This document shows positions 37,558 to 50,295 of a DNA stretch of 64,000 nucleotides, piece by piece; positions within the stretch are counted from its first letter, which is position 1; each line of letters begins with the position of its first letter. Where the stretch lies: positions 64,001-128,000 of the IMG/VR virus record IMGVR_UViG_3300013936_000015; one strand, 5' to 3'. The position numbers were made by a program, and so were the translations under genes. This DNA is from a virus. Its lineage: Duplodnaviria > Caudoviricetes. Under the pieces are notes generated by a model, which ran no database searches, was not told the origin of the DNA, and worked only from the letters and a program-made list of their open reading frames with translations.

Positions 37558-39744
37558 TTAAGTCTTTTTAATGACATCATTATAAGGATTACCATCATGT
37601 AATTGGGTTATCTCAATATCCGTTCTTCTAATCTAATCCCCAATCTATTTGTCCTTATATGTTCTGTCTGTTCTTGCTTTATACCAATCTAATTCTAAAG
37701 TTTTAGTAATCTTTTCTTTCTCTAACTACATCTTAGCTTGATTCAACTGTTGCAGCTGCCCTTGTGCTTTCTGTAACTCTTTCTACATCTGCTACAATTG
37801 TTGCTACATCTGTTGATTTTGCTAAGATAATTGTTTAATCTAATTATTTTCTTCCCGCTATTTTTTAATAGCATTCTTTAATCTAATTTTATAATCACTC
37901 AGGCTTGTACACGTAACACCATCAATTATTAAATCAGGAGGAACAAATCCACCTTTAATAAAATCAGGCATTAACTATTTGAGTTGTTCAAGTTGCCTTG
38001 TAATATCTGTAGTAGTTACAATGTGAATATCATAATCTGTTAAAGTAAAATACTAAGGAAGAGCTGTAAAAATACGAGATTCTTTATCTCCTAATACTAA
38101 TGTTCCAATCAGTCCGTTCTTAAAAACTTTCTTTGCCATATTCAAAGAATCTAACAGCATCTCTTCTACTAAAGTATCAATCTGCTGTGTAAACTGCTTA
38201 GTAACAACAAAAGAATTGTTCTGACTAACTTGAACATTAGTAACAGCATCTCTCTATTGTATTCCATTTAATCGTTCTCTAAATACTCCAGTAATAGAGG
38301 AACAAGTAGCCTCAATGGAATCCATAGCCATCTAAATAGCTTGAACAGACTGCAATCTTACTGTATCATCAAATCCATTGTAAATAGTATTTGGAGTAGC
38401 TAATCCTTCTGATAATCTGCCCTCTTGGCTAGAATCAATAATAGCAGTTCCCTGTTTCTTATAGGCTTGCCATTTTTTGAACCTTTCTGCAAAATTCTAT
38501 CCTAACATCTTAGGTAATACCGCAATGTCAAGAATATCTCCTGCAGTACCAGCAGAAGCAATTAAATTATCTCTGTAGAAAACAAGAACATTATATTTAT
38601 CTTGTAAAGGAGCACAAGCTAATACCATAGAATAAGGAATACCACTCCTTGTAATATGTTGAATACCATTTACAGATATACTGCATTTTCTAGGATCAGA
38701 CATACTTCTTACAACATTCTCATCCTTACCATACAAAATATAAATGTTTGTACCAATTCTTACAGTCCTATATCTATTCTATATATAAGTCTTCTTATCA
38801 GTCTCTATCCATTCTACTTCATATACAGGAATAAGATTGTTCTCGTAGTCATTTAGAATATTAGTAGGATATCCTGCTTGTCTTTTTCTATTTCTACTTC
38901 TTGCTGCTAATAAAGGAACTCTTTTGTTCTAACCAACAGCAACTGTTGTAGTATAGCTAATTTCATTTAAATACCCCCACAAATCATCTAAATTACCAAT
39001 CTCATCACTGGTAAGCTTATCTCCATATTCTGATATAATATCTTGTTTTGACATCCATTTTCTAACTACTATCCTCTTAGCATCTTTTACATAATTAGAT
39101 TCAGGATCCATCTCTGGAAAAGTATTTCTTGGATCTAAATCCTCAATGGTAATATTATTACCTGCACCAGATTCTTTAACCCTATAATATTGCTCTCCAG
39201 AAATGAGAGTATCTAAAGCTAACTATTTCAATTTGTTCTTAAAATCAATACTCCTAGACTGTAATAAATACTCTACTACATTCTATGCAGCAGCCTCATA
39301 TTCTGATACATAACTGGATTCTATTGACTCCTTTAATTCATCAATATCATGCTATACTGCTAAATCAGTAGGTTTCTAACCAGTCTGGAAATATGAAATA
39401 AGCTTATTCTAAAGTCTCTTATTTAAAAAATCAAAGACTTCTTTAGCTATTGTAAGCTCTTTTTCCCTAGTAATCTTTGAGATAGTATTACTATCCTTAC
39501 AAGTTACTTTTGGTAAAATAGGAGTACTTATAATCTCTCCTACTAAAGCATCAACGTGTTTCTTGATTAAGGGAATAAATACCATAGAAGTAGGATTGCC
39601 TATTCCATACTCCTCTTCTAAATATTTATACTAGTCCTCATCTAATATGCCATAGTAGTAATTATAAGCCTTTTGTAAATCTTCTTTATCATATACTAAC
39701 TCACTAATAGCTCTATCCGTAATATCAATTAACTCATCTTTCAT
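37558..39744 (-). CDS. Portal protein (728 aa, TAG=Gln)
   Basis: LQKAYNYYYG..GIGNPTSM.FIPLIKKHVDALVGE, DPRNTFP, GVFRERLNGIQQRDAVTNV; lies next to terminase. Confidence 0.85.
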
Positions 39745-40015
39745 TCGTTAAAAGAGCTTCTTTATATTCTACATAATCATATCTGCTATTTTTTAACTCC
39801 TATTTTAATATATTAAGAAACTACTTTTCATTTCCTTCAACATAAATTGTAGAAAATTCTGTATTACTTGGAATCCCAAATAAAAGACAATAGCCAAAAT
39901 TTGTTTTGTAAATCTCAAGCCGTCCCTTGAAAATACAAGTATATATCTCACAAATAAGTTTTCTTACCTTATTATATAATGGATTCGTTTTTTCTAGGAT
40001 CACTGCTGTAGACAT
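39734..40015 (-). CDS. Small conserved protein between terminase and portal (93 aa, TAG=Gln)
   Basis: Extends track ORF 39821-40015 through TAG to TGA. Confidence 0.6.
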
Positions 40016-42368
40016 AATTAGTATAATTATTTGAAATGTCCATTTTTATATTTATATTATTCTATTTAGGTATGATACCCCACCTCTTAATACCATTATC
40101 ATCATAATAAAAACCAATATCCTACCATTCCTCAACAGATTCTTCTTTTCTCGGAATCATTCCTTGTAATTCCTCGTCCGCTAATAATGCCATAGAAAAA
40201 GCTGCTACCATATCAAACTTGGTTTTATTTTCAAGAGAATATCTAGTAAGCTAATTTAATAGCTCTGGAAACCAAATCTAATCGCAAAACTCCTCTACAT
40301 AATTGGCTATTAAATCATTTTGATGATCAATAATAGTAGGAGTGGCTGGTGTACCTATTGTTCTAGAATGCCTCTTGCTGGTATCCATATAGGTAGCTCT
40401 CGGTCTATACATAAAATAATTAGCAAAACCTCTTGCTTTTGCATAGTTCCAACAAGATAGTCTGGTAGCCTCTATATTTACTTTTGCATTATACCAATAC
40501 ATCAGTTTTAATGCTGTCTAAAATGCCCTATCAATCTTATCAGGTCTTTCTAGATAATAAGCAACTGGTTTTGGAGGATTAACACCAAAAGCCCTTTTGA
40601 AAATAATAATACAGAATTTAGAAGGATCAGTAGTAGCATCAGAAGTTTGCTCCTAACCAATATCAATAGCATCAATTCCTGCAACATATAAGTTATTTAT
40701 ATCACCTTCAATAGGTTTCTCTAATACATGAAGACTTCCAGAATTTCCGGGAATAAAATCTACCCCCCTAATATTAGATAATTTTATTCCCTAGCTGCTA
40801 TCCTTATAAAGAAATTTTAATTCCCCAGTCTATATGATAGGAACAGCATCTACTGATTCATTAAATTCATCTCTTACCTTCAATCCTCTATGAGTTCTTA
40901 TATAGGCTATCTGATTAGCTAATAATGTTCTATTAAATTTATTACTACCTTCAAGAGAAAGAGCTTCATCTGCGGTGAAACATTGCTCTGCACAATATTT
41001 TAATAATGCAGATGGTTGATTAGCTAACTAATCCCTTCTTTGCTGATAAAACTCTTTGGCTTTTTCTTCATTACACCAACCTCTATTATCTAAAACATCT
41101 TGACTATTCAATGTTTTATATGCTGGTATAAAGAAACAAGAAAGTACTTCCTCACCGTCAGTAGTATAATTATGCTTAAATGGTAATACATTATAAACTG
41201 TTGGGGTTTCATATAATTTTCTAAGCCCCTCTGCACCTTTAGAATCACCACCGGTTCCACCAGTAATAGAAAGGCCTCTTTTTACACCACCTACATTAAT
41301 AAGCTCCTCTCCTTTAATAAGAGACTCTTCAAGAATAGGATTAGAACCGGCCTCCTCATATATAACAAGATCTGCACGGTCTCCTCTCACCTTCTTAGAA
41401 TCATCGGCAACTAAACCCTCAATTAAAGACATAGGACCGACTTCTACATACTAACCATCAATATTAGTAAGATATGAAGCTTTCTTTTCTAATTGATTGT
41501 TTTTTACCTACATAGGTCTTGAAAAAGCACTCTCTCTTTGGGCATTCTAAAAGTTTAGAATACTACTTACTTTAGACATTGTTTTTACAACATACTAAAG
41601 TAGATTGGCAGTAATAATACTGACACTATGGCTATAACAAATAAAAGTACAGGCAATAATACTTGCTACAATTTCAGAGAAACCACAAGAACGGTTTTTC
41701 AACATAGCACAATTCCATCCATAAATTCTACATAATTCATAATAATGAAAAAACTCATATTGATAAACTCTGAAATCAGGAAATATCTTCACCTAACCCT
41801 AGCCAACTTTAGAAGATACATTGGCATCTACTTTACAATAATTTAAAAAGAAATAATGTGGACCAGTAATTGTATAACCATTAATAGTTAATCCTTCTCT
41901 ACATCTTTTATATTCTCTATCCCAAAACTAATTATATAATTTAGAGCCGGGAACAAACTAACAATAATAACCGGTCTTATCTTTATCTTTCCTAACTTCT
42001 AAAAATGGAGAAGGATCAAAATCTAACCCGTGCTAACCATCTATAGGCCTATATCCAGATGCTTCATAAGTACAATGAACATCAAAATATGGAATATTCT
42101 TTACAGACTTGTCATAGTCCCAATATAATACTTCATTGTTCTTATTAGTAGCTTCTTTCTTTGCCTATACAACAGCCTCCTCTATCTTAATATTTTCTTC
42201 TTTCTTTTCTTCTGTAATAATATCTTTAATAGTAGCAGATTCTATTTCTAAATCATTTTTAGCTGTGGCTTGTTGCGTTACAATAGGAGTATTAGATAAT
42301 AATGATTTAGTTAACTTTGTAAGAGGTCTATTCTTTTTCTTACTAGGTTTTACTCTATCTAATCTCAT
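39972..42368 (-). CDS. terL: Terminase large subunit (798 aa, TAG=Gln)
   Basis: ITGPHYFFLNY, Walker A-like KNRSCGFSE, Walker B LVIYEEAG, GGTGG, nuclease YVAGIDAIDIG and KFDMVAA motifs, all in one frame. Confidence 0.9.
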
Positions 42369-42952
42369 ACAAAATTAGGAATATATCCTTGAACAACTCC
42401 TGCCCTGTTCTTATTCTGTTCCAACATCTCTGTCTTCACAACCTATTCAAGAGCCTTTAATTCTTCAAGAAGTTTTGAACCATTGGCAATCTCTGCTTGA
42501 AGATCTTTCACTTTATAAATAGGTTTACCAGTCTATTCATCCCTTTCTTGTGGATCAACAGAATTAAAATAATCAGTAATCCTATCTACTGCTCTCTAAG
42601 AAGCATGAAGCAATTTGATTGCCCTACTACTATTTTGTAAATCTCTATATTTACGGCAAGCAGCCCTAAAAGTTGGGTCATTCCATTCTTTTTCTGTAAT
42701 CTCCCCATCTTTTAGAGCTTCTTGATGTCTTTCTTGTACTGTATAATCTTTATAAAGGCTGTTCCAGTCGATAGCTAACCAAATATATGTAAACTCTCTA
42801 AACGCTCTTAGGTGCTCTTTTCCTGTAGGGTCTTCTTTACATTTATTCCTATTATCATCCATCAAATCACGAAATTCCTTTATTAATAATAAATTTCCAT
42901 CTTCCAATTCTACCTTCCCAGTAGCATTATTATACTAAAACACTTTGAGCAT
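42365..42952 (-). CDS. Conserved protein upstream of terminase (195 aa, TAG=Gln); possible small terminase
   Basis: LLIKEF..AFREFTYIWLAIDW..FRAACRKY..GKPIYKVKD; role inferred from position only. Confidence 0.6.
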
Positions 42953-42968
42953 AAGTCAACAATTTAAA

Positions 42969-44822
42969 TTAGCACTTCTTCTTTCTCTTTTTTAATTCCG
43001 CCTTAATAATATTCATACCCTTGGTAGCACCACCCTTTGCGTGCTCACGAATTTCCATCTGCTTTTTGTTGTTCTCAATACACTTCTTGCAAAGAACACC
43101 ACCAGCTTTGAAATACTCTAAATGAGTTCCTTGAGGGCATTCACCTTTAAGATGACGAAGATAATTCAACTTAGCACCAAAACGGGCAGCAGGTGTTTGA
43201 TTAGATTGATCTTCTTGACCACCCTGCATCTACTGAACAATCTGCTGAATAACCTACAACATCTGAGATGCTTGTTCATCACCCTGATTAGCAGCCTATT
43301 GAATCTACTGAATAGTCTGCTGAGCATCATCGTCACCCTGCATAGCTGCCTATACTAACGCTACTATTTGCTGCTGTTGATCATCACCAGATGGAGCAGC
43401 ACCACCATCCTAATATTTATTGTAATACATATTATTATAATTTAAAATTCCACCAGATTTAAAGTTTTCCTACCAAGTATTGAGAATTTCATCACCATAA
43501 TTTATAGCAGATTTTGGTGTCCATTTGTTATCATTTCCAAAATTGCTATACATTAATCTACGAGTATTTGGATCAAAAACAATTCTCTAAGTAAATCTAC
43601 GTCTATCTTTTACAAATTGACCGGCCCAATTCTAATCTCCTAACTCCATTTTACCAGTATCATCAAGATAAACTGCTAGATTAGGATTAAAAGCAAGCAA
43701 TCTGCGTACGTTATTCTACTACGCCTTGGCCGCGGAGGCCTTTTCCGTCGCGATCGCCGCGCCCGCATCGGGGTTCTGAACATCAAGATCCGAACCCCAT
43801 GAACCGTTATCTCCTACCCTAAGGCCCAATGCACCATTTCTCCAATTAGCATCTTGAAGATCTTTCTATATCGACTAATTTCTTCTTCTTACAGCATTAG
43901 TAGCCAATTGGAATTTATTAGACATAGTTTTCAAATCGTGTTTACCAAAGTGCTTGCCATAATCCTTAGTAAAAAGATCTACATTCCAGTTACCATCCAC
44001 ATTCTAATATGCAGCCCTAAACCAATCTGCAAGATTCTTATTTGACCCCTATGCAAGATCATTATAGAATGCATTCATTGTATTCTAACCATTTGCATTA
44101 TCAAATCTTGATGACCTACTAAGAGCATTAAGTGAAGTAATAGCCTTTTCTCTATATAACTTTCTTCTCTCTTTTACATCATTTAAAAGACTATTATCAG
44201 ACCTTATATTTTCATAAGGAGTCCCATTGACAGCACCCTATTGATAATCTTGAGGTGGAGTATTTGTAGTATTTGCAGGATGTTTAATCTGTTTAAATAC
44301 ATCAAATACTGCTTGGGATTTCTTACCCCATAAACCATCTGACCAATTTTGCTATTGTCCTAACCACGTTGTTAAATCTTGTACAGTTTTCAAATTCTAT
44401 GTACCTGGAAGTACAATTCCTGCACTCTTCAATATGTTTAATGATGACTCACCTAACTACTGGTCCACATTACCCCAATTTCTTGAATCGGCAAGATATT
44501 TTTGTATATCATAGGCGGCATTTCCTACTTTTTTACCATAAAGAAGGGTATTATCTTTCTCTTTTCCTCTTAAATTGTAGTTATTAGTGGGAGAGGGAGG
44601 TGTATTCTTATCAGACTTTTCAGAATTATTGTCTGATGCAGACTAAGACACAGCACCAGTAGGCTACATATACATATTATTTTCAGGTTTGTACCCCCAA
44701 CCAATCATTTCAGAAAGAACGGAATCAACCTTTTTTGCTCTATCATTCCAAGCCTCACCTTTTAAATGGTCTCCATGATTCCAAGTAAGGTTATTACCGC
44801 CCCCATAAAACTAAATTCTCAT
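42969..44822 (-). CDS. Modular cargo-like protein (617 aa, TAG=Gln)
   Basis: ATG 44822 is in frame with the track ORF ending at 42969 and no TAA/TGA was found in the stretches read. DGLWGKKS peptidoglycan-binding-like motif, Gln-rich helix, C-terminal GECP..CKKC and several GG motifs. An internal start at 43430 is possible. Confidence 0.6.
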
Positions 44823-45037
44823 AATTTAATCAAGTCTTTAGTATTAAAAATAGACTCCTGAAGTAATCCATCAGAAGTAAACCATCTACATCTTATGCCC
44901 TTTAATGTAGGCTCACTATCATCTTTATTCTTAAATATATAAGTTTCCTTCCTAATAACAAGCATAATAGGCTTGTTAGGAATATCTTGCCGGAGAGTTA
45001 CTAACTCCCCGGGTTTAAAAAATACTTTGTCTTCCAT
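44819..45037 (-). CDS. DUF2158/YodC-like small protein
   Basis: FKPGELVTL..PIMLV..IRCRWF..LQESIF pattern. Confidence 0.65.
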   Translation of the reverse strand: MEDKVFFKPGELVTLRQDIPNKPIMLVIRKETYIFKNKDDSEPTLKGIRCRWFTSDGLLQESIFNTKDLIKL

Positions 45038-45618
45038 TAACCTTTTATTCTTTTAGTTAATCCAACATTTACCAACTGAAGAATAGAATGCTCATTAATA
45101 GAATAAAATCCCAATTTGTAAAAAGGAATTGGAATAGCATTTATCTTATAATAAAACACCGCATCTCCCGGTTTTACATACTTACATTCTGGACCTACCT
45201 CAATGACATTAGCAACACAAATCTTCTGCTCCTCTTCTTCCCACTCACCAGTATCAGTAGATTTATACTCTGGAGCATAACCGCCCGTATCTACAATAAT
45301 ATTTCCCTCTCTCTTAATCTGTTGAAAAGGATTTGTAGCATAAGGCTTTATCAAAACATTACTGTAATTAGGCAGAATCTCACACTGATTTAAATCAGCA
45401 ACCATCTTGTTATGATACTCCTTCAATAAATCTTCGTGCTTATCAAAAGATTCCTGCTTGTCAGCAATAGCTTGATTTAACTTCGCTTTCTTATCTGCCA
45501 TTGCCATCTTGTCCAAATCTCTATCATCTGCAAATACATCACCATCTGAAATACTATTAGCAACATCTAACTTACTTGCATTTTGCATATACACATTCTT
45601 ACCATTAACTCTTGACAT
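45037..45618 (-). CDS. GroES-like co-chaperonin
   Basis: LPNYSNVLIKP..ANVIEVGPECKYVKPGDAVFY..INEHSIL. Confidence 0.7.
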   Translation of the reverse strand: MSRVNGKNVYMQNASKLDVANSISDGDVFADDRDLDKMAMADKKAKLNQAIADKQESFDKHEDLLKEYHNKMVADLNQCEILPNYSNVLIKPYATNPFQQIKREGNIIVDTGGYAPEYKSTDTGEWEEEEQKICVANVIEVGPECKYVKPGDAVFYYKINAIPIPFYKLGFYSINEHSILQLVNVGLTKRIKG

Positions 45619-45647
45619 AATTCATTTCATTTTAATAATTAAACATA

Positions 45648-45929
45648 TTACCATCTATCTAAAGGACATTTTGCATAAGGAAGACGTGTCTTAGCTTGAA
45701 CTCTACAGCCGCATCCTCTCTTAAAACCTTCTTTAGGTGTCTCACTAACTTCTAAAGTTTCTGGATTCATGTATAATTTATAATTACATACACCACCTAA
45801 AGTGTCTTTTAATAAAGGACACTTCTTACATACAGCTAACCTCTTCTAACTAATATCTTCATTTCTACCTAATAATTCATTAATATGCCCTTCGGCAATA
45901 TCCACACTTTGTTTCAATAAATCAATCAT
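45648..45929 (-). CDS. Small Zn-finger protein (93 aa, TAG=Gln)
   Basis: RLAVCKKCPL..GVC..RGCGCRVQAKTR..KCPLDRW. Confidence 0.7.
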
Positions 45930-47674
45930 CAGTATTCTATTTCTTTATATTTTTGTTCACTTCTCTCATGTAATAACTGCTTCTTGTAATAAGCCAGCAT
46001 CCTAATAACCTCTTTCTTTAAATATTGTAATTTAAACTGAACATTCCCACCTTCATGAGGATACCAATTCAATATCAACTCCCCTATCTTAGCATTGGGA
46101 TCTAATTGCTGAACCATCCAAGCATAAGTGGATAATTGAAGTGTATAATGCCAGTAATTGCTATCTTGAATATTATTAAGAGGATATTTCATTGTAGAAA
46201 AAGAATTAGTATTACTGTCAAAGTAGCTCTTCTTTTCTATCTTAGAATTTGTATTATGAGTTACTAATAAAGAATATCCACATAAGTAAGTATTAGAAGG
46301 GCTGTCAACAGATATACATTGAGTAGGAACAACATCCACCTCTTTTATATATTTAATAGTAGTATAATCGTCATTATTAAATACTTGATTATCCTCAGTC
46401 TTAAAAGGATTAAATTGATCTGTGGTAAATATAATTGTACTATATTCGTGTCCCCCATTCTTTATTGTAGATTTACAACCAAGAGAAGCTAATAACTTCT
46501 CAATTTCATGGGCTAAATAAATATAGGTATTAATTACATATCCTGAATAACCAATGTCTCCACAAGAATCCATAATACCTTTTAATAATTCAAGTCTGTC
46601 CTCATAAGAAGATAATATATAATCATCAGGAATAAATTTAGTGTCAGTAATACCAAGAACTTTTAAATCAGAAGAAATATCTACTCCTTCTAAATTATCC
46701 ATTAACCATTTACCAAATATATATGGTTCTATAGGAAGGGTTTTCTTTTCGGTATTTAAAGGCTTAGCATTTAATATTCTAGGAATATTATATTTGTCCT
46801 TTATAGGTAAAGAAGATAAATACCTTTTTAATTGAAGAGTAGTCATTACAGATTCTTTATAACTTCCATCCTCTTGTAAAAAAGATATTAACCACCGATG
46901 ATCAATATCAGCAATAATATACTTTCCATTATCAAACCGAATTTTATAACAAGGATTGTAATGAATATTCGATTTGACAGTAATAGTACAAAGATTACCA
47001 TCCTTGTCAAATACTCTATCACCAATATTTAATTTCTCCATAGTAGACCAACCCTTATTTGTAAGAATAGGAGTATCTAATGGAAGACCTTTGTGATCTA
47101 TAATATGATAGGTTTCTCCCTGCTTCACAAGAACATCTATCTGACCAGCAAGCCTTAATACACCATCCTTGCTTATTCTACTAATTAAATACTCAGGATA
47201 AATACCATTTTCCAAATTTAATTCAGTATTACCTTCCTTACAGATAAATTTACCACCAATACCAAATTTATCTAGTTTACAATTATTTCCCTGCTTATAA
47301 AAAGAATGCTCTAATTCTGAATGAATTTTAGTACCACGAGCACAAGACTCCTCATTAGCTTTCTGCCACTCGTCTAAAATGTCTTGCTGCTTGGCAATAA
47401 TATCATCTTTAGTAAAATCATACTTATCATAGATATTATCTGAAATCTTATGAGACTTCCTCAACTCATAAGATAAAGACTTCCAGTCCTCTTTTGGGAC
47501 AAATTTCTCTAATGCCTTATATATAGACCAGAAATCTTTATCAAATGGTTGAGTAAATCTGTCAATGAGAGTTGTCACAGAAATAAATTTCGCATCAGGA
47601 TTTGTTAAATCCCAATACTTGTGAATGTCCTCTCTAAAAACTACATTGCCATTTTTCTTATCATACATTTCCAT
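45929..47674 (-). CDS. PD-(D/E)XK (Cas4/exonuclease-like) nuclease interrupted by an intein
   Basis: RGTKIH, PEYLI, LAGQIDVL..IIDHK|TN and HYTLQLSTY motifs; TAG-free. Confidence 0.85.
   Translation of the reverse strand: MEMYDKKNGNVVFREDIHKYWDLTNPDAKFISVTTLIDRFTQPFDKDFWSIYKALEKFVPKEDWKSLSYELRKSHKISDNIYDKYDFTKDDIIAKQQDILDEWQKANEESCARGTKIHSELEHSFYKQGNNCKLDKFGIGGKFICKEGNTELNLENGIYPEYLISRISKDGVLRLAGQIDVLVKQGETYHIIDHKGLPLDTPILTNKGWSTMEKLNIGDRVFDKDGNLCTITVKSNIHYNPCYKIRFDNGKYIIADIDHRWLISFLQEDGSYKESVMTTLQLKRYLSSLPIKDKYNIPRILNAKPLNTEKKTLPIEPYIFGKWLMDNLEGVDISSDLKVLGITDTKFIPDDYILSSYEDRLELLKGIMDSCGDIGYSGYVINTYIYLAHEIEKLLASLGCKSTIKNGGHEYSTIIFTTDQFNPFKTEDNQVFNNDDYTTIKYIKEVDVVPTQCISVDSPSNTYLCGYSLLVTHNTNSKIEKKSYFDSNTNSFSTMKYPLNNIQDSNYWHYTLQLSTYAWMVQQLDPNAKIGELILNWYPHEGGNVQFKLQYLKKEVIRMLAYYKKQLLHERSEQKYKEIEY
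46253..47089 (-). mobile_element. Intein (279 aa), class-3-like, with a degenerate LAGLIDADG region
   Basis: GLPLDTPILT block A, ADIDHRW block B, VPTQCISVDSP block F, LVTHN|T block G. Inserted within the nuclease D-x-K|T motif. Confidence 0.85.
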
Positions 47675-47686
47675 AAAACACTATTA

Positions 47687-48346
47687 TTAAAAATTCTTAC
47701 TAACATCTAATATAGAGCTTAATCTCTATAATGGAACAGAAATACCTTTCATATAATTTACATAATGTTTTTTATTGTAAGAATCATAAAAAACAATTAC
47801 TAAACCTAAAGGTAGATATTCTCCCTACATAGGATAAATCCCCACCTGCTTAAATTTTATATACTAAAATATCTCTGTATACAATCTGGGAAAATCTAAT
47901 TTAATCTGCTTTTTAGTTCCAATATATCCACCCTCTGATTGAATGGTCTTTAACTCATCAGCAAAGTACATATATTCCCGAGATTTAAATAAACCACTAT
48001 AATTCTAAGCATTAATCTTACCAGAAGACTGAGTAGTATAATCAAAATAAATGTATTCTAAATCTTGTAAAGACTTCTGATTATTATGATACGTACATAA
48101 TAATACTCTCGAAATACAAGTATCAGAATGCTCTATTAAGGTTAAACAGTCATTAATCTCGTTAGACTTCTCTATCGTATATAATTCCTTATTTAACTAA
48201 CGCTATGTCTAAGTCTCATACCTGTATCTGTCACAATAATATGCAACAACAGAAGGAACTAAAATCAAAATAATTAAAGTCTTAACACTAGATGGTAAAG
48301 AATTAATCTTAGAAAAAATGGAATATAAAAATTTAAATTTTTCCAT
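47687..48346 (-). CDS. Putative holin (T4 T-like single N-terminal TM; 219 aa, 7 TAG codons)
   Basis: One TM helix (TLIILILVPSVVAYY) and RVLLCTYHN..SL..YIYF motif; absent from the ORF track. Confidence 0.55.
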
Positions 48347-48406
48347 AAATTATATTAATAATTCAGTATAATATATTTATTTTTATTTTTGTATAATGAG
48401 AAAATT

Positions 48407-49672
48407 ATGGACGAAAATTTAATTAAAAAATTTGAAATTTTATTTGCAAAAAACGGAATCAAAATTAAAGATAGTACAAAAGGAACTTTTACAAAATATT
48501 GTAAAGGTAAAGTAACACAAGATTGTATAGATAAAGCAAAAAGAAGTGGAAATAAAAAGCTAATAAAGAAAGCTGTATTTGCAGAAAACGCTAGAAAATG
48601 GAAACACCAAAATGGGGGAATTTTAGATCAAGCATCATATCTAATTCCAATATATGGAACTTATAGAGCTGTGAAAGATGCTATTAAAGATCCTTCACTT
48701 TATAATATAGGTATGGCAGCTTTGTCAGCAGCAGGAGATATTCCAGTCATTGGCCTCGGATTCAAAGCTGCATCCGTTGGTGCTAAAGCCGCAAAGGCTG
48801 CAAAGATAGCTAAATCTTTCGCTAAAGCTAATATTGTAAATGCTAATGTAAAAAGAGCATAGGCCGCAAGTAAAGCAGAAGCAGCTGCACGTACCTATAA
48901 CAGAGCTAAAAAGATGGCAGTTCCCGTAAAAATGATTCCTTAGAATGAGGTATATCTAAGAGCATTAGGGCAACGAGTAGGAGCTGCTGACAAATCTGCA
49001 AAGGCTGCTACAAATTATGCACGTCAGCTGATGAGACAACAATCATTATCTCCAGTAAAAGAAAGTATGAAAGCAATAAAATCTCTTAACTTTTCTCCCT
49101 TAATGATTAATGCTTTAGAGCCTGCCGCTATTAGTGTCAATGGATTACTCAAACACCAAAATGGGGGAAGATTAATGTAGATGTACACAGCTTTATTAAA
49201 AAGAAATATAGACCCACAACTTGCTTTTGAAACGGCAAGATTAGCTAAAATAGAAGATGGTAGACCGGGACATTATTATGTGTTTGGAAAAAGATCAGAT
49301 AATGTAGAAAAATGGGCAGATCAAGCTGTAGATAGTTTGACTACTGGAAGATATACCAATTTAAGGAATATTAAAACTCATGAACAATTTAAATAGGGAT
49401 TGAAAAATAAGAAATATAATCCATTCCCCATTTTCTATAAAAAGATGGATGTAGGCAGAGAAAGAGATAAGCGGATAGTAAATCAATATAATAAACAACA
49501 TAATATTAAATTAATAACCATGGCAGATAATATAGACAATCATTATATGAATAATATGTATATACCTGAAAAGAATACGGTTGTCCCTACTATAGAAGTG
49601 CCTGCAGAAAATAAACATTTTACTATCCCAGTTAATTATGCAAAAGAAGGTTAGAAACTTAAAAAGAAATAA
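48407..49672 (+). CDS. Three-module cargo/effector-like protein (421 aa, TAG=Gln)
   Basis: One frame. Basic N-terminal module ends ARKWKHQNGG, then a pre-toxin-TG-like hydrophobic module, a second KHQNGG and a third module. Confidence 0.7.
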
Positions 49673-49674
49673 TA

Positions 49675-50295
49675 ATGAATTTTGATACATTTATAGAAAA
49701 TGCAGAACCATATGCGGCAGGTGCTGCATTAATCGGGACACCTCTAATGTTTTTAGGACCTATTGGAGGAGCAGTAGGGAAAACATTACAATTCCCATCA
49801 ATTCTAATAGATGCATATCAAGCAACTAGAGATGCATACAGAGCATATAAAAGCTCTAAAGAAAAAGATAAAAGACGATATACTATGTCCGCTCTTGGAA
49901 ATGGAGTAGAATTAGCTATGGGACTCGGTGGAACAAAAATAGCTAAATTTGGATTACAAAAAGCCGCTTTTAAAAAACCATAGAATTTTTTAAAAAAGCC
50001 AAAACCATCATTAATAACAAGATCGAATGGACGTAATTATCAAAATAAAAAACAGGCTTATGATAAATTCTGGAGAGATACACGTGATATGGCAGAACAA
50101 CAATTAAAAGATTCTGGATATCCAAGAATTACACCTCCTGTATTACAAACCAGAGCTAATACAATAGCACATCGAAGAATGAATGACTTATATGCGGATG
50201 CTACAAATAAAAGTATTCTTTTCGCTAAAAAAGCAGCTCCATATGTAGAGAACACTGTATTCCAAATTCCTAATATTAAAGATATACTTAAATGA
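49675..50295 (+). CDS. Membrane-associated effector-like protein (206 aa, TAG=Gln)
   Basis: Fragments 49675 and 50089 are in frame; Gly/Ala hydrophobic helices. Confidence 0.65.
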
